Source of the DNA: Williopsis jadinii
Lineage: Eukaryota
Length of the DNA: 64,000 nucleotides
Assembly (NCBI GenBank): GCA_024346625.1
Contig: AP024666.1
Coordinates: 1,550,001 to 1,614,000 of the forward strand
Reading direction: 5' to 3'
The notes beneath the pieces are model-generated. The model ran no database searches and was not told the origin of the DNA. It saw nothing but the letters and a program-made list of their open reading frames with translations. Both the position numbers and the translations under genes were made by a program. Positions 21,272-30,982 of the stretch are shown piece by piece. Position 1 is the stretch's first letter, and every line of letters begins with the position of its first letter.

Positions 21272-22576
21272 TCAATCTTGTATATCCGAACCTGTAGGTG
21301 TTGAAGTAGTTGGCTTTATGCTTGATGTAGTTGTTGATTGTACTGGTGTTGCCTGGGACGTAGTCTGTGGAACAGTTGCCGTAGTATTAACGGTAGCAGC
21401 AGTAGTAGCAGCAGTAGTAGCAGCAGTAGTAGCAGCAGTAGTAGCAGCAGTAGTAGCAGCAGTAGTAGCAGCAGTAGTAGCAGTAGTAGTAGCAGCAGTA
21501 GTAGCAGCAGTAGTAGCAGTAGCAGCAGCAGGCGTAGTTTGCTGTCTAACGTTTTTACTTCTTGGCCACATACTTGGTAGTCTAACAACTTGCGATCTTG
21601 GTTCGACACATCTCTCGATGAACCAGCTTTTCAACCTTGTCTCTATGATACTACCGATCTTTGGAACATTTTCCAGCTTAGAACGGGATCCAATTAGTGA
21701 TTTCACGTTAAACTCCAAACGGAAATCAGGTGCAAAGTTGAACATTAGAGCTGTTCCTTTGCCTTCCAAGCTCTCAACATCCGAGTTTTCCCCTACTGTT
21801 ATTAAGGAAACCGTCAAGCAACCCGAGAATCTCACGATTGATACACTCAGCTGCACCGGTAAGATGGCAGTCAAAGGCTTTGGAGAGTTCAACAACAGGT
21901 TTGTCTCGATTCCCAATGTTAGAGTATCAGCCAAATCAACGTCGATCATCGCTTGTAGATTGCTCAGATTTTGAGGATTTTTCCTTATACGACAGTTTGA
22001 CAAGATTGGGTAATCGTCACCAATGTCAATCTCTGTTATCTTGATCTTATCCAGGAAGTCTGGCAATGGTGCCTTTGTCAATGCATCGTTTAGAGAGTGA
22101 ACAATGTTATCGGAGCTCAACGCTTCAGTTCTGAACTGGCTGATTGTTTGAGCAATCAGCACGTTAAACCAGTCCAGGGACTCAGGTGAGTGTGTCTCAA
22201 CGTTATAGTACGTCTTCTCCAGGATCGAATTGATGGCCTCCATTCTCTGTTCCAAGTCATTCGTGGATGAGGCATCGATCTTCTTCACAATGGGGTTCTT
22301 CTTCGAGTCCTTCAACGAGTCCGAGTTCGCCTTTGTTTCACTGAAGACAAAGAACTTGAGGAAGAATATAATCACCACGATAACGCTCAATTGACCAACC
22401 AGTAAACCCTGGGTAAACGACCAACTGCTCGACGATTGTGTCTGCAGTAGCTGCTTCTGCAAATGTAAGGGCAGTGCCTTGTTGAGGTACTCATCCAGCG
22501 TGATCAGCGTGGCCTGGGCACCTTCCTGGATCACCACGGTTGTCGGGTTGTCGTTATCTTGCACTTTCACGTCCAT
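21272..22576 (-). CDS. MMM1: ERMES complex SMP-domain subunit
   Basis: WSFTQGLLVGQLSV transmembrane segment, ESLDWFNVLIAQ, SLIGSRSKLENVPKI, LPSMWPRSKN. Confidence 0.95.
   Translation of the reverse strand: MDVKVQDNDNPTTVVIQEGAQATLITLDEYLNKALPLHLQKQLLQTQSSSSWSFTQGLLVGQLSVIVVIIFFLKFFVFSETKANSDSLKDSKKNPIVKKIDASSTNDLEQRMEAINSILEKTYYNVETHSPESLDWFNVLIAQTISQFRTEALSSDNIVHSLNDALTKAPLPDFLDKIKITEIDIGDDYPILSNCRIRKNPQNLSNLQAMIDVDLADTLTLGIETNLLLNSPKPLTAILPVQLSVSIVRFSGCLTVSLITVGENSDVESLEGKGTALMFNFAPDFRLEFNVKSLIGSRSKLENVPKIGSIIETRLKSWFIERCVEPRSQVVRLPSMWPRSKNVRQQTTPAAATATTAATTAATTTATTAATTAATTAATTAATTAATTAATTAATVNTTATVPQTTSQATPVQSTTTSSIKPTTSTPTGSDIQD
21393..21530. repeat. Coding minisatellite (GCAGCAGTAGTA)n encoding a Thr/Ala tract in the Mmm1 C-terminus
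   Basis: ~138 bp composed only of GCA/GTA triplets. Confidence 0.95.
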
Positions 22577-22906
22577 TGTTAGCCAATTGGGGGTGTTTCA
22601 GTTCTAAGGAGATGCACCTGTCTGGGAGTAATTCAGTGTTGTACGGTATTTTCTTCATTTTTGTCGGAGCGCACAAGCAGCGAGCAGAAGGACGGTGAAA
22701 GGGATCGAATGTTGGCCCATTGGAGGATGTTTGGGCTATATTGCTATGATTGTGGTACACATTCACTGGGTGCTCTGTTAGCTTGAACAATGGGTATCGT
22801 AACCAGATCAATTACACCGTGCTACGATGAATACTGACCAAGTTAGCATTTGGCCCATACCATGAGCACAGCATGGTGAAGAGCACTTCGCAAAACTTCC
22901 GAAGAT

Positions 22907-22991
22907 GAAGCGGTGGCTCAATGGTAGAGCTTTCGACTCCAGTTGGAATAGTGCAATCGAAGGGTTGCAGGTTCAATTCCTGTCCGTTTCA
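22907..22991 (+). tRNA. tRNA-Trp (CCA) with 13-nt intron (22943-22955)
   Basis: Acceptor stem GAAGCGG/CCGTTTC, A-box TGGCTCAATGG, anticodon stem TTCGA/TCGAA around CCA, B-box GGTTCAATTCC, downstream T-run. Confidence 0.96.
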
Positions 22992-23300
22992 TTCTTTTTG
23001 CATTTTCAATCCCTTTTTGTTACGTGTCACGTGACCACATCCGGTTCACACACGCAACCAATAACAGCGGGTTAAATCCATTTTACGCTGGCGGGTAAAG
23101 TTCACACACAAATTTGTTCGCGGGCTGTTTTCTCTTAGGGAAAATTTTGTATGGCGGGTTTTCCCCTTTGCTTTAGCCGGTGGGTTTTTGGTGGTTGAAA
23201 ATTGAGAGAGAGCCCAAAGGGAAAACAAGAACGTTTTTTTCCTCCCCATCAACTCTTTGTCGTCAGCTTGAACCAGAAAGGGAAACTACGGAAACGAAAG

Positions 23301-23686
23301 ATGGTGAGTATATCGAGCACGAGTTGAGCAAAGCAGATGGCTCTGTCATCACGCGACGAGGTTGACGGTGTTATTGTGGCGGAAGTGATGACGGTTGGCA
23401 TCTGTTTTGGCATCTGTTTTGATGCGAAGAAGGAAGGGGGCCAGGAGCGATGTTGAACTAACACAAAGCACAGTCATTCTACTCAACAATCTACAACACC
23501 ATCTTCAAGAGAAACTCCATCTTTGTCGGTACCATCTTTGCCGGTGCATTTGTCTTCCAACCAGTCTTCGACTCTGGTGTTACCAGATGGTACGAGTACC
23601 ACAACAGAGGCAAGTTGTGGAAGGACATCAAGGGCAAGTACGTTGGTGGCGGAGATGACGAGGAGGAGGACGAGGACGACGAGTAA
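23301..23686 (+). CDS. QCR9: Cytochrome bc1 complex subunit 9; exons 23301-23303 and 23474-23686
   Basis: ATG|GTGAGT...AACTAAC...CAG| then SFYSTIYNTIFKRNSIFVGTIFAGAFVFQ...WYEYHNRGKLWKDIK; missing from the ORF track. Confidence 0.95.
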
Positions 23687-24032
23687 ATGTTGTCGCTAGG
23701 ATATTCATGAACATAGAAAAATCAGTTGTGCTGAATCCAATCCACGCTCTCTTTTAAACCCACTGTTGATCAACATCATATTACAGAACACATTGTCCAT
23801 CTACAAAGTGGTTTAAGAAGGAGCACTCAGCACACGTACACACACTAGTCCAAAAAAAATGATAATAAAAATCAGAGATATAACATTGTGACTTGGGTAG
23901 TAGCTACCCAAGAGCATCAAACTGTACATGATTCAATTGGTTAATTTAGCACAGTCGTAGAGGCTTAAGTAGTTGAACTGTAGTAGTTGGTTATTGGCTG
24001 TGAAAGTTTGGGCGACCGGGGCTCAAAACCAG

Positions 24033-24107
24033 TGTCACGTGACAGTTTTCCAACGCGGTCACGTGACCAGGATCCAGCGACGCGAAACGTTGTACGCAGC
24101 GACGCGT
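24033..24107 (+). promoter_or_regulatory. CTF18 promoter: two Cbf1-type GTCACGTGAC palindromes plus MCB/SCB-like ACGCG elements
   Basis: TGTCACGTGACA (24033), GGTCACGTGACC (24057), ACGCGAAA (24080), ACGCGT (24102). Confidence 0.65.
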
Positions 24108-24174
24108 TTTATCCCATTCTTTCTCTCATCACTCTATTGTCTCTTGGAGAAGCAGTGGTGAGAACCGGCCAGTC

Positions 24175-26301
24175 ATGACCAGTAAGCCTTCCTTGGACTT
24201 TTCACTGGATAAGCTCAACTTCCAGAATAGATTGCTGGCACCAAGAGCCTCACAAGCGATCTCGTTACTGCGTCCCGGCACACAGAGAGATGGTTCTAAA
24301 GAGGTTCACCTTGCAAGTGGCAGGGTTATAACGTTGAAGAAAAGGACACCCAAGCCACCAGTTTCGCTAGAAGATGCTATCCATCAGGATAAATCCGATT
24401 ACGGGTTCAGAATAAACGAACTGTATGCGAAGCTGGAGGTTGAGGAATTAAAGGCACAGAGGCAGTCTGTATCATCAACCACTACTGAGAATGGCGCTGA
24501 TAGGACGAAGAGTAAGAAGAAGAAGGCTAGGAAATCAAACATCAAAGGCTCAGAGAAGCATACTCTATGGGCAGAGAAATGGCGACCAAAGACCTTTTTC
24601 GACTTTGTTGGTAATGAGCTTACAAACAGAAAGATCTTGACTTGGCTAAGACAATGGGATCGTGTTGTTTTTGAGAAGAACCTCAAACCAATGACCACTG
24701 AGGATGAGAACTCGAGCAGGTTTACTGATCCCTTTGGTAGGCCTGAACGAAAAGTTCTACTGATCACAGGTGCCCCAGGACTGGGGAAAACCACCGCAGC
24801 TCATGTCATTGCTAAGCAAGCCGGTTATGAGGTCATGGAGATAAACGCAAGTGACGAAAGAGCAGGTCAAAGAGTTAAGGACAAAGTCAATAACTCATTG
24901 ACAACCTCAACGTTTTCAGGTAAGCCCACATGTCTCATTGCAGACGAAGTTGATGGTGGTGCAGAGTTTGGATTCATCAAAGTGCTGATGGACATCTTGA
25001 ACGATGATGCAAAATCTGTAAAGAAGTTGCAATCGTTGGAATATTCAAAATTCAAAGCTCAAAGTGGTAAGAATAGACCAAAGTTCTTACTTAGACCAAT
25101 CATATGTATCTGCAACGATGCCTATGTTCCGGCACTGGAGAAGTTGAGGCTAAACGCAGAGATGATCACATTCCAACAGGCAACCGAAGCGTCTCTGATG
25201 GACAGGCTAAGATTCATATGTGACGCTGAGAACGTTTCATTGACCAACTCACAGCTAAAGGAGATTGTTCTGCTTACAGATTATGACATTAGAAGCTGTG
25301 TCAACCTGTTGCAGTTTGGTGGTGGGTTAAATACATCGAAAGACTCTAGGAAGAAGGATTTCCAAATGACATGGTATGGATTGGTTAATGAGGTGTTCAG
25401 AAGGAAAGCGAAGATGTCACCTAAAGAGCAGTTCACGCATCTTGCACAGCTGCTCAATGTTTCAACTAATATAGACAAAGTTGTCCACGGGTGTTTCCAA
25501 GCCTATCCTGGCGTCCATTTCCAAGACGTTGCGATGTCCAAACCAGCAAAGATCAGCGATTGGTTATACTTTGGAGATAGAATGGGCCATGCTCAATTTG
25601 AGGCAATCGGTGACTTGAGTTATTACCAATCACAAGTTGCGTTGCAATTCTTCAACATGTTTGGTGATTTGGGTAATAGATCAAGCATTAAAATGAAGAG
25701 CGATTGGGAATACTTTGAGAGAAGGAAACAGACGAGCAACATTGTGAAACAGGTCTACACACGGTTGAACTCCCAGCTACGGAGCATGGTTTCAGAACGT
25801 GAACTGGCTACTTTGGTGCTACCCTATTTGGATTATATCATTACGCCAGAAAGGAAGTCAATTCATCATATGAAGGAGGGTGACAAGCTGAAGATTGAAA
25901 ATGCCATAGCTGCAATCCAAGGATTTGGTCTATATCTAAACAAGGGGAAGGATAGCGACTATAATGATATATTCGTCACTTTCCCCGACATTACACCTGT
26001 TACAAGATTTGACAGTGGCAGTGTCAGGAAACAACAGCAGAGGCAAACCCAGGTATTTCCAACGTTGCTGAAAGAGATGGGAGCTTTGAAGGCGAAGAAG
26101 AGGGCATACGCACAGATGGCTGAGGGAGATACGAAGCAGACACAGAACATCGACGACTTGAAGAACCAGTATACAAAGATGACAGAGACTGAAGCCAATA
26201 CAAAGAAGCAGAAAACAGATGTTAAGATTTGGGTTAAATACCACGAAGGGTTCTCCAATGCTGTGAGAAAGCCTGTTAAATGGGAAAACCTATGGCAATA
26301 G
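24175..26301 (+). CDS. CTF18: Alternative RFC large subunit, AAA+ ATPase
   Basis: LWAEKWRP, GAPGLGKTT, EINASDER, ADEVDG, RPIICICND; C-terminal WVKYHEGFSNAVRKPVKW. Confidence 0.96.
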   Translation: MTSKPSLDFSLDKLNFQNRLLAPRASQAISLLRPGTQRDGSKEVHLASGRVITLKKRTPKPPVSLEDAIHQDKSDYGFRINELYAKLEVEELKAQRQSVSSTTTENGADRTKSKKKKARKSNIKGSEKHTLWAEKWRPKTFFDFVGNELTNRKILTWLRQWDRVVFEKNLKPMTTEDENSSRFTDPFGRPERKVLLITGAPGLGKTTAAHVIAKQAGYEVMEINASDERAGQRVKDKVNNSLTTSTFSGKPTCLIADEVDGGAEFGFIKVLMDILNDDAKSVKKLQSLEYSKFKAQSGKNRPKFLLRPIICICNDAYVPALEKLRLNAEMITFQQATEASLMDRLRFICDAENVSLTNSQLKEIVLLTDYDIRSCVNLLQFGGGLNTSKDSRKKDFQMTWYGLVNEVFRRKAKMSPKEQFTHLAQLLNVSTNIDKVVHGCFQAYPGVHFQDVAMSKPAKISDWLYFGDRMGHAQFEAIGDLSYYQSQVALQFFNMFGDLGNRSSIKMKSDWEYFERRKQTSNIVKQVYTRLNSQLRSMVSERELATLVLPYLDYIITPERKSIHHMKEGDKLKIENAIAAIQGFGLYLNKGKDSDYNDIFVTFPDITPVTRFDSGSVRKQQQRQTQVFPTLLKEMGALKAKKRAYAQMAEGDTKQTQNIDDLKNQYTKMTETEANTKKQKTDVKIWVKYHEGFSNAVRKPVKWENLWQ

Positions 26302-26322
26302 TCTCTGAATAAACAAGAATGA

Positions 26323-27711
26323 CTAATTGGCAACGTGGTTGATGATATAAGTAGCCTCTCTTGTACCACTACACCATGCGCCCATTACACATCCTGTTCC
26401 ATCTAATATGGTGTGCTCACCTGCGAATCTAACGTTACCAAAGCCAGTTTCGAACGCAATTATGGATTGTAATGGATCATCACCGGGATGGCACGCTGTA
26501 TAGGAGCCACGTTGGTACGGGTCTTGAGTCCATGGACTCACCAAGACGTTAATTGGCTCAGGAACTTGCTCTGCATTGGCCAACTTGAGAACCATTGGTC
26601 TCAGGTATTCCCACGCATACTGAGGGTTTGACTCCAGATAGTCGGTGAGAGGCGACTGTGTCAACACAACCAGTGATGGGATCTTCTGTGTGGTTGCCAT
26701 GTTAACAAACAGCACTGGATGTTCCCACGTCTTTGGCTTGTCTGCGTGTGGGTAGTCTGGTATCTCAGAGCCTGTCTTTATCGCTTGTAGAAACCCACTT
26801 GGTGGTGATGCTAGCACAGAGAACCTCTCACAATCCGTTGGCCAAAACACCTCGTCGAACTCTAGAACCACCTTACCCAGAGCTCCATAGTGCATCTTCT
26901 TCAAAGAGTCGGTAATAGCCAAGGGCAAAGGTGGATTGAATTCAATATGTCCCTTTGAACCTTCCTCTAATTGGAGTATGGATTGTGGGACAGAGACGAT
27001 GGCGTAGTCAGCTTCAAACTCATCACCAGCAGTTGTAGTTACAACCACTTTCCGACCTTTATCGACACGACAGATGGACTTCACCACGGCTTGTAGTTTC
27101 ACGTTCGCAAGGTCCAGCTCGTCAGTGTGTCTTTTCAGCACCTTGTCGTAGTGCAATGCCATGGCATTGCGTCCACAGTTATCCACGGCTGCGTACTTAT
27201 TACTAGTGCACTTTGTCTCGGTACCATGCCATAATTCAACCTCTCTTGCTCTTTGAGAAGCCTTTAGGATCTGTTCATCTGATAAGATGTTCTTCTTCTC
27301 TCTGAGGTACTTGATGACCACGTTGTAGAGCGAGTCGTCCTCATCCAGATCTCGATAGCTTTCCAGCTCAGAGAACTTATAAATCTCCTCCATGATGGGG
27401 TCGATGCCCAGCATTGGATCGATCTCGCCGTCTCTGTCGATGTATTTAACAGGCGCATCGTTGAAGTAAAAGTTCAACTCCTTCGACAGGCCCACTTCTT
27501 CGTCAAACAGCGGATTCTTCAAAGTCTCATGGAACCAGCTCGCACCCATGTCGTACTTGCCATTCTTACCCTCGACAGTGTGCAGCCGGCCTCCCAACCG
27601 GTCCTTTGCTTCCAGTATCGTGTATCGGATGCCCTTCTTTTGCAGCTCAACAGCTGCTTTGATACCGGCAATTCCACCACCAACAATCACGACTTTTGTA
27701 TCCACGGGCAT
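26323..27711 (-). CDS. Flavin-containing amine/polyamine oxidase (Fms1/Cbp1 family)
   Basis: GGGIAG FAD motif, EAKDRLGGR, DMGASWFH, WTQDPYQRGSY, FAGEHT. Confidence 0.9.
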   Translation of the reverse strand: MPVDTKVVIVGGGIAGIKAAVELQKKGIRYTILEAKDRLGGRLHTVEGKNGKYDMGASWFHETLKNPLFDEEVGLSKELNFYFNDAPVKYIDRDGEIDPMLGIDPIMEEIYKFSELESYRDLDEDDSLYNVVIKYLREKKNILSDEQILKASQRAREVELWHGTETKCTSNKYAAVDNCGRNAMALHYDKVLKRHTDELDLANVKLQAVVKSICRVDKGRKVVVTTTAGDEFEADYAIVSVPQSILQLEEGSKGHIEFNPPLPLAITDSLKKMHYGALGKVVLEFDEVFWPTDCERFSVLASPPSGFLQAIKTGSEIPDYPHADKPKTWEHPVLFVNMATTQKIPSLVVLTQSPLTDYLESNPQYAWEYLRPMVLKLANAEQVPEPINVLVSPWTQDPYQRGSYTACHPGDDPLQSIIAFETGFGNVRFAGEHTILDGTGCVMGAWCSGTREATYIINHVAN

Positions 27712-28368
27712 CTATGAGAGCGTAGGTGTCGACTGGCTATCAGAGGCGTGTGATTACTGAGCTTTCTTCCTATCTCAACGCTCGACACTCTGCGTGTTCT
27801 CGTCCAGGCTGCGCAGCCAGTGCCTGGCTTTGAGCGTATGTTGTGGGTTTTGGCCTAACCAGGTGTTTAACACTGTTGCCGTCCAAGCTCGGGAGACTGA
27901 GCGCACTGCTACAGAGAGAAACAGAGAGAGACAGAGAACGCTTGTGTGGATGGTGATGGCTTCAATTGGTTTGCTTAAGCACTTAGAGTCAGCATTGAGC
28001 AGCTTATCCGTCGGTGTTGATGCCCAGTGCGGTGTGCCAGGGCATCGGCACCCGAGCGGATGGGCCGAGAGCCGGGATCAAAATCGCATCATCACCATGC
28101 CCATAAACTACAACAAAGTGCTGAATAACGAATGTTTACTTCTCTAAGACATATCTTAAATACAAAACCAAGACAGACACAAACAAACACAAACAAACAC
28201 CATAGTGCCATAATCCAGATGACACTTATATGAAAAAACAAAACTCAAACAAAACACACGATGCTATATGATGTATACCACCATGGCGATGGTATGTAAG
28301 AAGCCAATAATAATATGACAGTGGTAAACGTAGTAGTGGTGGTGGCAGCAGTGATGGCTAGCGAGCCA

Positions 28369-29193
28369 CTAACAGTGCTCTTTCAAAGCAGTTGCTGGGA
28401 TGACAACAACGGAGCTTCTTCTCGTCAATGGGACGGGCTTTGGGTCATGGTATAGGTCATGGTCCACGGTGTTTTCCTCGTCACTAACCAAGTCTGCAAA
28501 CGAGCAGAAGTTCAGCTTGGTTTGATCCGAGTAGTCAACCTCCTGCTCCGCTTCTTCCCCCGTTCTCTGTTCATGAACCACGTCACCGTGGTTCACCTTC
28601 TCCTCAGGCTCCTCCTCGCCTCCTTCCTCTCTCTCCTCGCCAGTCTCGTTGCTCAGAACAACGGTCAGAGTGTTCTCAGACTGGTGGAAAGGACAGCCCG
28701 CCATGGAGACCGCAGAGTGTCTTCTCTTACACAGCGGGTGGCCTGAGGGGCCGCAGATGAGGTCGAAGTGGTCAGCGTTATCATCCTGAGCAGCTGCGGC
28801 GTCCAGCACGCTTGGAACCAACGCCTCCTGGGTAAGATGAGGTATCGATCTGGCGGAGGCAAAGCTCTGTGTTCTGGATATCGGCTGCATCACCGATCTC
28901 TCAAAGATCATGCTCGAATTCAACGACGACGGCTGTTCGCAGTCGATCTGCGCCGGCGGCTGCTCTGTGTAGTTGTTGTTGAAGGTGACGCCCGTGGTGT
29001 CAACGATGTGTGGGTTGCTGCCGTCAGTGGTGCTGGAAACATCACCATGGCGGTCCATGGTTGTGGCCTCAGCAGGGTGCCCGTGGATGTGTAGCGTCTG
29101 GCGAAGACGCCTCTTCAGCGCCTGCTGCTGTTTCTTGAGCGTGTCTGAAAGACCGTGATGGTCGGAGCCACGCGACGTTGTACTTTCACTCAT
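28369..29193 (-). CDS. Hypothetical, largely disordered protein (~274 aa)
   Basis: Long GC-rich ORF from ATG 29193 with a TATA-like run at ~29271; no family recognised. Confidence 0.65.
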   Translation of the reverse strand: MSESTTSRGSDHHGLSDTLKKQQQALKRRLRQTLHIHGHPAEATTMDRHGDVSSTTDGSNPHIVDTTGVTFNNNYTEQPPAQIDCEQPSSLNSSMIFERSVMQPISRTQSFASARSIPHLTQEALVPSVLDAAAAQDDNADHFDLICGPSGHPLCKRRHSAVSMAGCPFHQSENTLTVVLSNETGEEREEGGEEEPEEKVNHGDVVHEQRTGEEAEQEVDYSDQTKLNFCSFADLVSDEENTVDHDLYHDPKPVPLTRRSSVVVIPATALKEHC

Positions 29194-30982
29194 TGAACGA
29201 TCTGTTACGAATTGATATCTATGCCTCAAGCACTTGAACTGGTTGTTACAAATACGCGGAGGGGCTTCTGTATATAAACGGCAAAGGGGAAAACACACAA
29301 CCACCAAGATTTTATACGCTGTTGCACAAATTAGCGCAGATGCTACTTGATATCCCACACTTGAAATGGATGTGGATAGGGCTTTAAACCACAGCTCAAC
29401 ATTGCATAAGTGTTGTACCTATGTGTCCACTTCGCTGGAGCTTCACATCCTAAAAGTGCCACTTTGAAGCGCACGGAGCAGCAGAAACAGCAGAAAAAGA
29501 AAGAAGAAGCAGGAAATAATCAATGTACGTCTTATTACAGTTGCATGTGTGTAGAAAAATCTCATGGTTTTCTGTTGCAGGCTTCTCTACACGATTTAGC
29601 TAGCGGTTGCGAAGGGGACGGGGGCACACGCCGACACAGCGAAGGGGACGGAGGGAAAGGAGTGTGCCAGGGAGTGTGCCAGGGAGTGGCAGAGAGAGCG
29701 GGACGATGGCAGAAACTCCCGCAAGAGCAACCTATTTTTATCTGCCCGTTGCCATGTGATTTACCCGGTTGAAAATGTCGTGGCCGCGAGCGTAATGCGG
29801 TGGGCGGAGAGGCCTCCTGGCCATTCACTCCGGTGACATGTTAGTCCAGTTGAATCGCATACGCTTATTACGTACTGGGCAGAGTGATGATGCCATTACG
29901 AAACACAGGATACAGCTGGTAGGTTTATGTATGTGCTTCCAGCTCTGCTCCATTCAATCACACATTGCTCCAATTCTGGCGCATTGCTAAGGGCCCGGAG
30001 GCGTACTGAGCAGACACTCGCCCACGGCAAATTGCGAGCGTGAGCATTAGCAACGGGACGAAAAAAGCACGAAAAGGAAAGAGTTGGGGTCACGGCAACG
30101 AGCTGCATGCGATTGCCGGGGGTCTTTTTTAGCCTTTTTTTCATACATCAGAAGGACTTGAAAGTTTTTGTTGGGTCACCAGAGAATTCCAGTGGTGAAG
30201 GAGGGGGACTCTCCACCGTCGCAGAGCAACCACATCTATCGCCATTGGACCCCTGGAATTCTACAATTGGTTGAATATGGTAATACGTTGTTGATATATA
30301 CATCACGGGTACATCAGCTTGGAGCTGGAAGAGTCGTCAAGGCGGCCGCGATGGGCAGTAGGGCCACGCCATCTGACGATCAGGCACCGGGACGTAAGCC
30401 CGGTGGAAGACAACGACGTGACAAAGCTAAAACTGTGCGTGAGCTGAAGATTCGCTGCATTCAAAGTGATCCTAGCGCAGATACACCCGGGAACCAATGT
30501 TCTGTAGAAATGTGAACACGACGAGTACAACGCCGATGGCCTCACCCTTTTCCCTCGTTGCACAAAGTTTCAAGCAAGCTCGTCATGAGATTTTCTCGTG
30601 CCATACAGACTTTCAAGGTTAAACTCCAAACTTGCCGAGTTGCCAATTATAGAGCCCTCTTTTGTTCAATACTCCAGTCCTGCTCTGTGGGACCATAGTC
30701 CCACCCTTTCGTGTGTGCTCCTCACTCTCCCAGCTCTTTCGAAAGCTTCAGACATGGTAAAATCTGAGAGATATATGCACATTGAATAGAGCCACACATG
30801 AAGTCATACATACACAGCGTAGGAGTCCATGGAACTGATTGCCGATGACTTGTCGTGTGGATCATACTGTAGGGGGGATTCGACTGGGCGTGGACGGGAC
30901 TGATGTGTGGGTATGTGTGTACAGTTGTGGTGAACTGAGCCCTTCTCACAGGCTAGTGCTTACATGGTCCATTTCATATGAC

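Noticed and set aside
21316..21974. Poly-Leu, poly-Ser and Val/Ala ORFs
   Set aside because: Alternative frames of the MMM1 minisatellite
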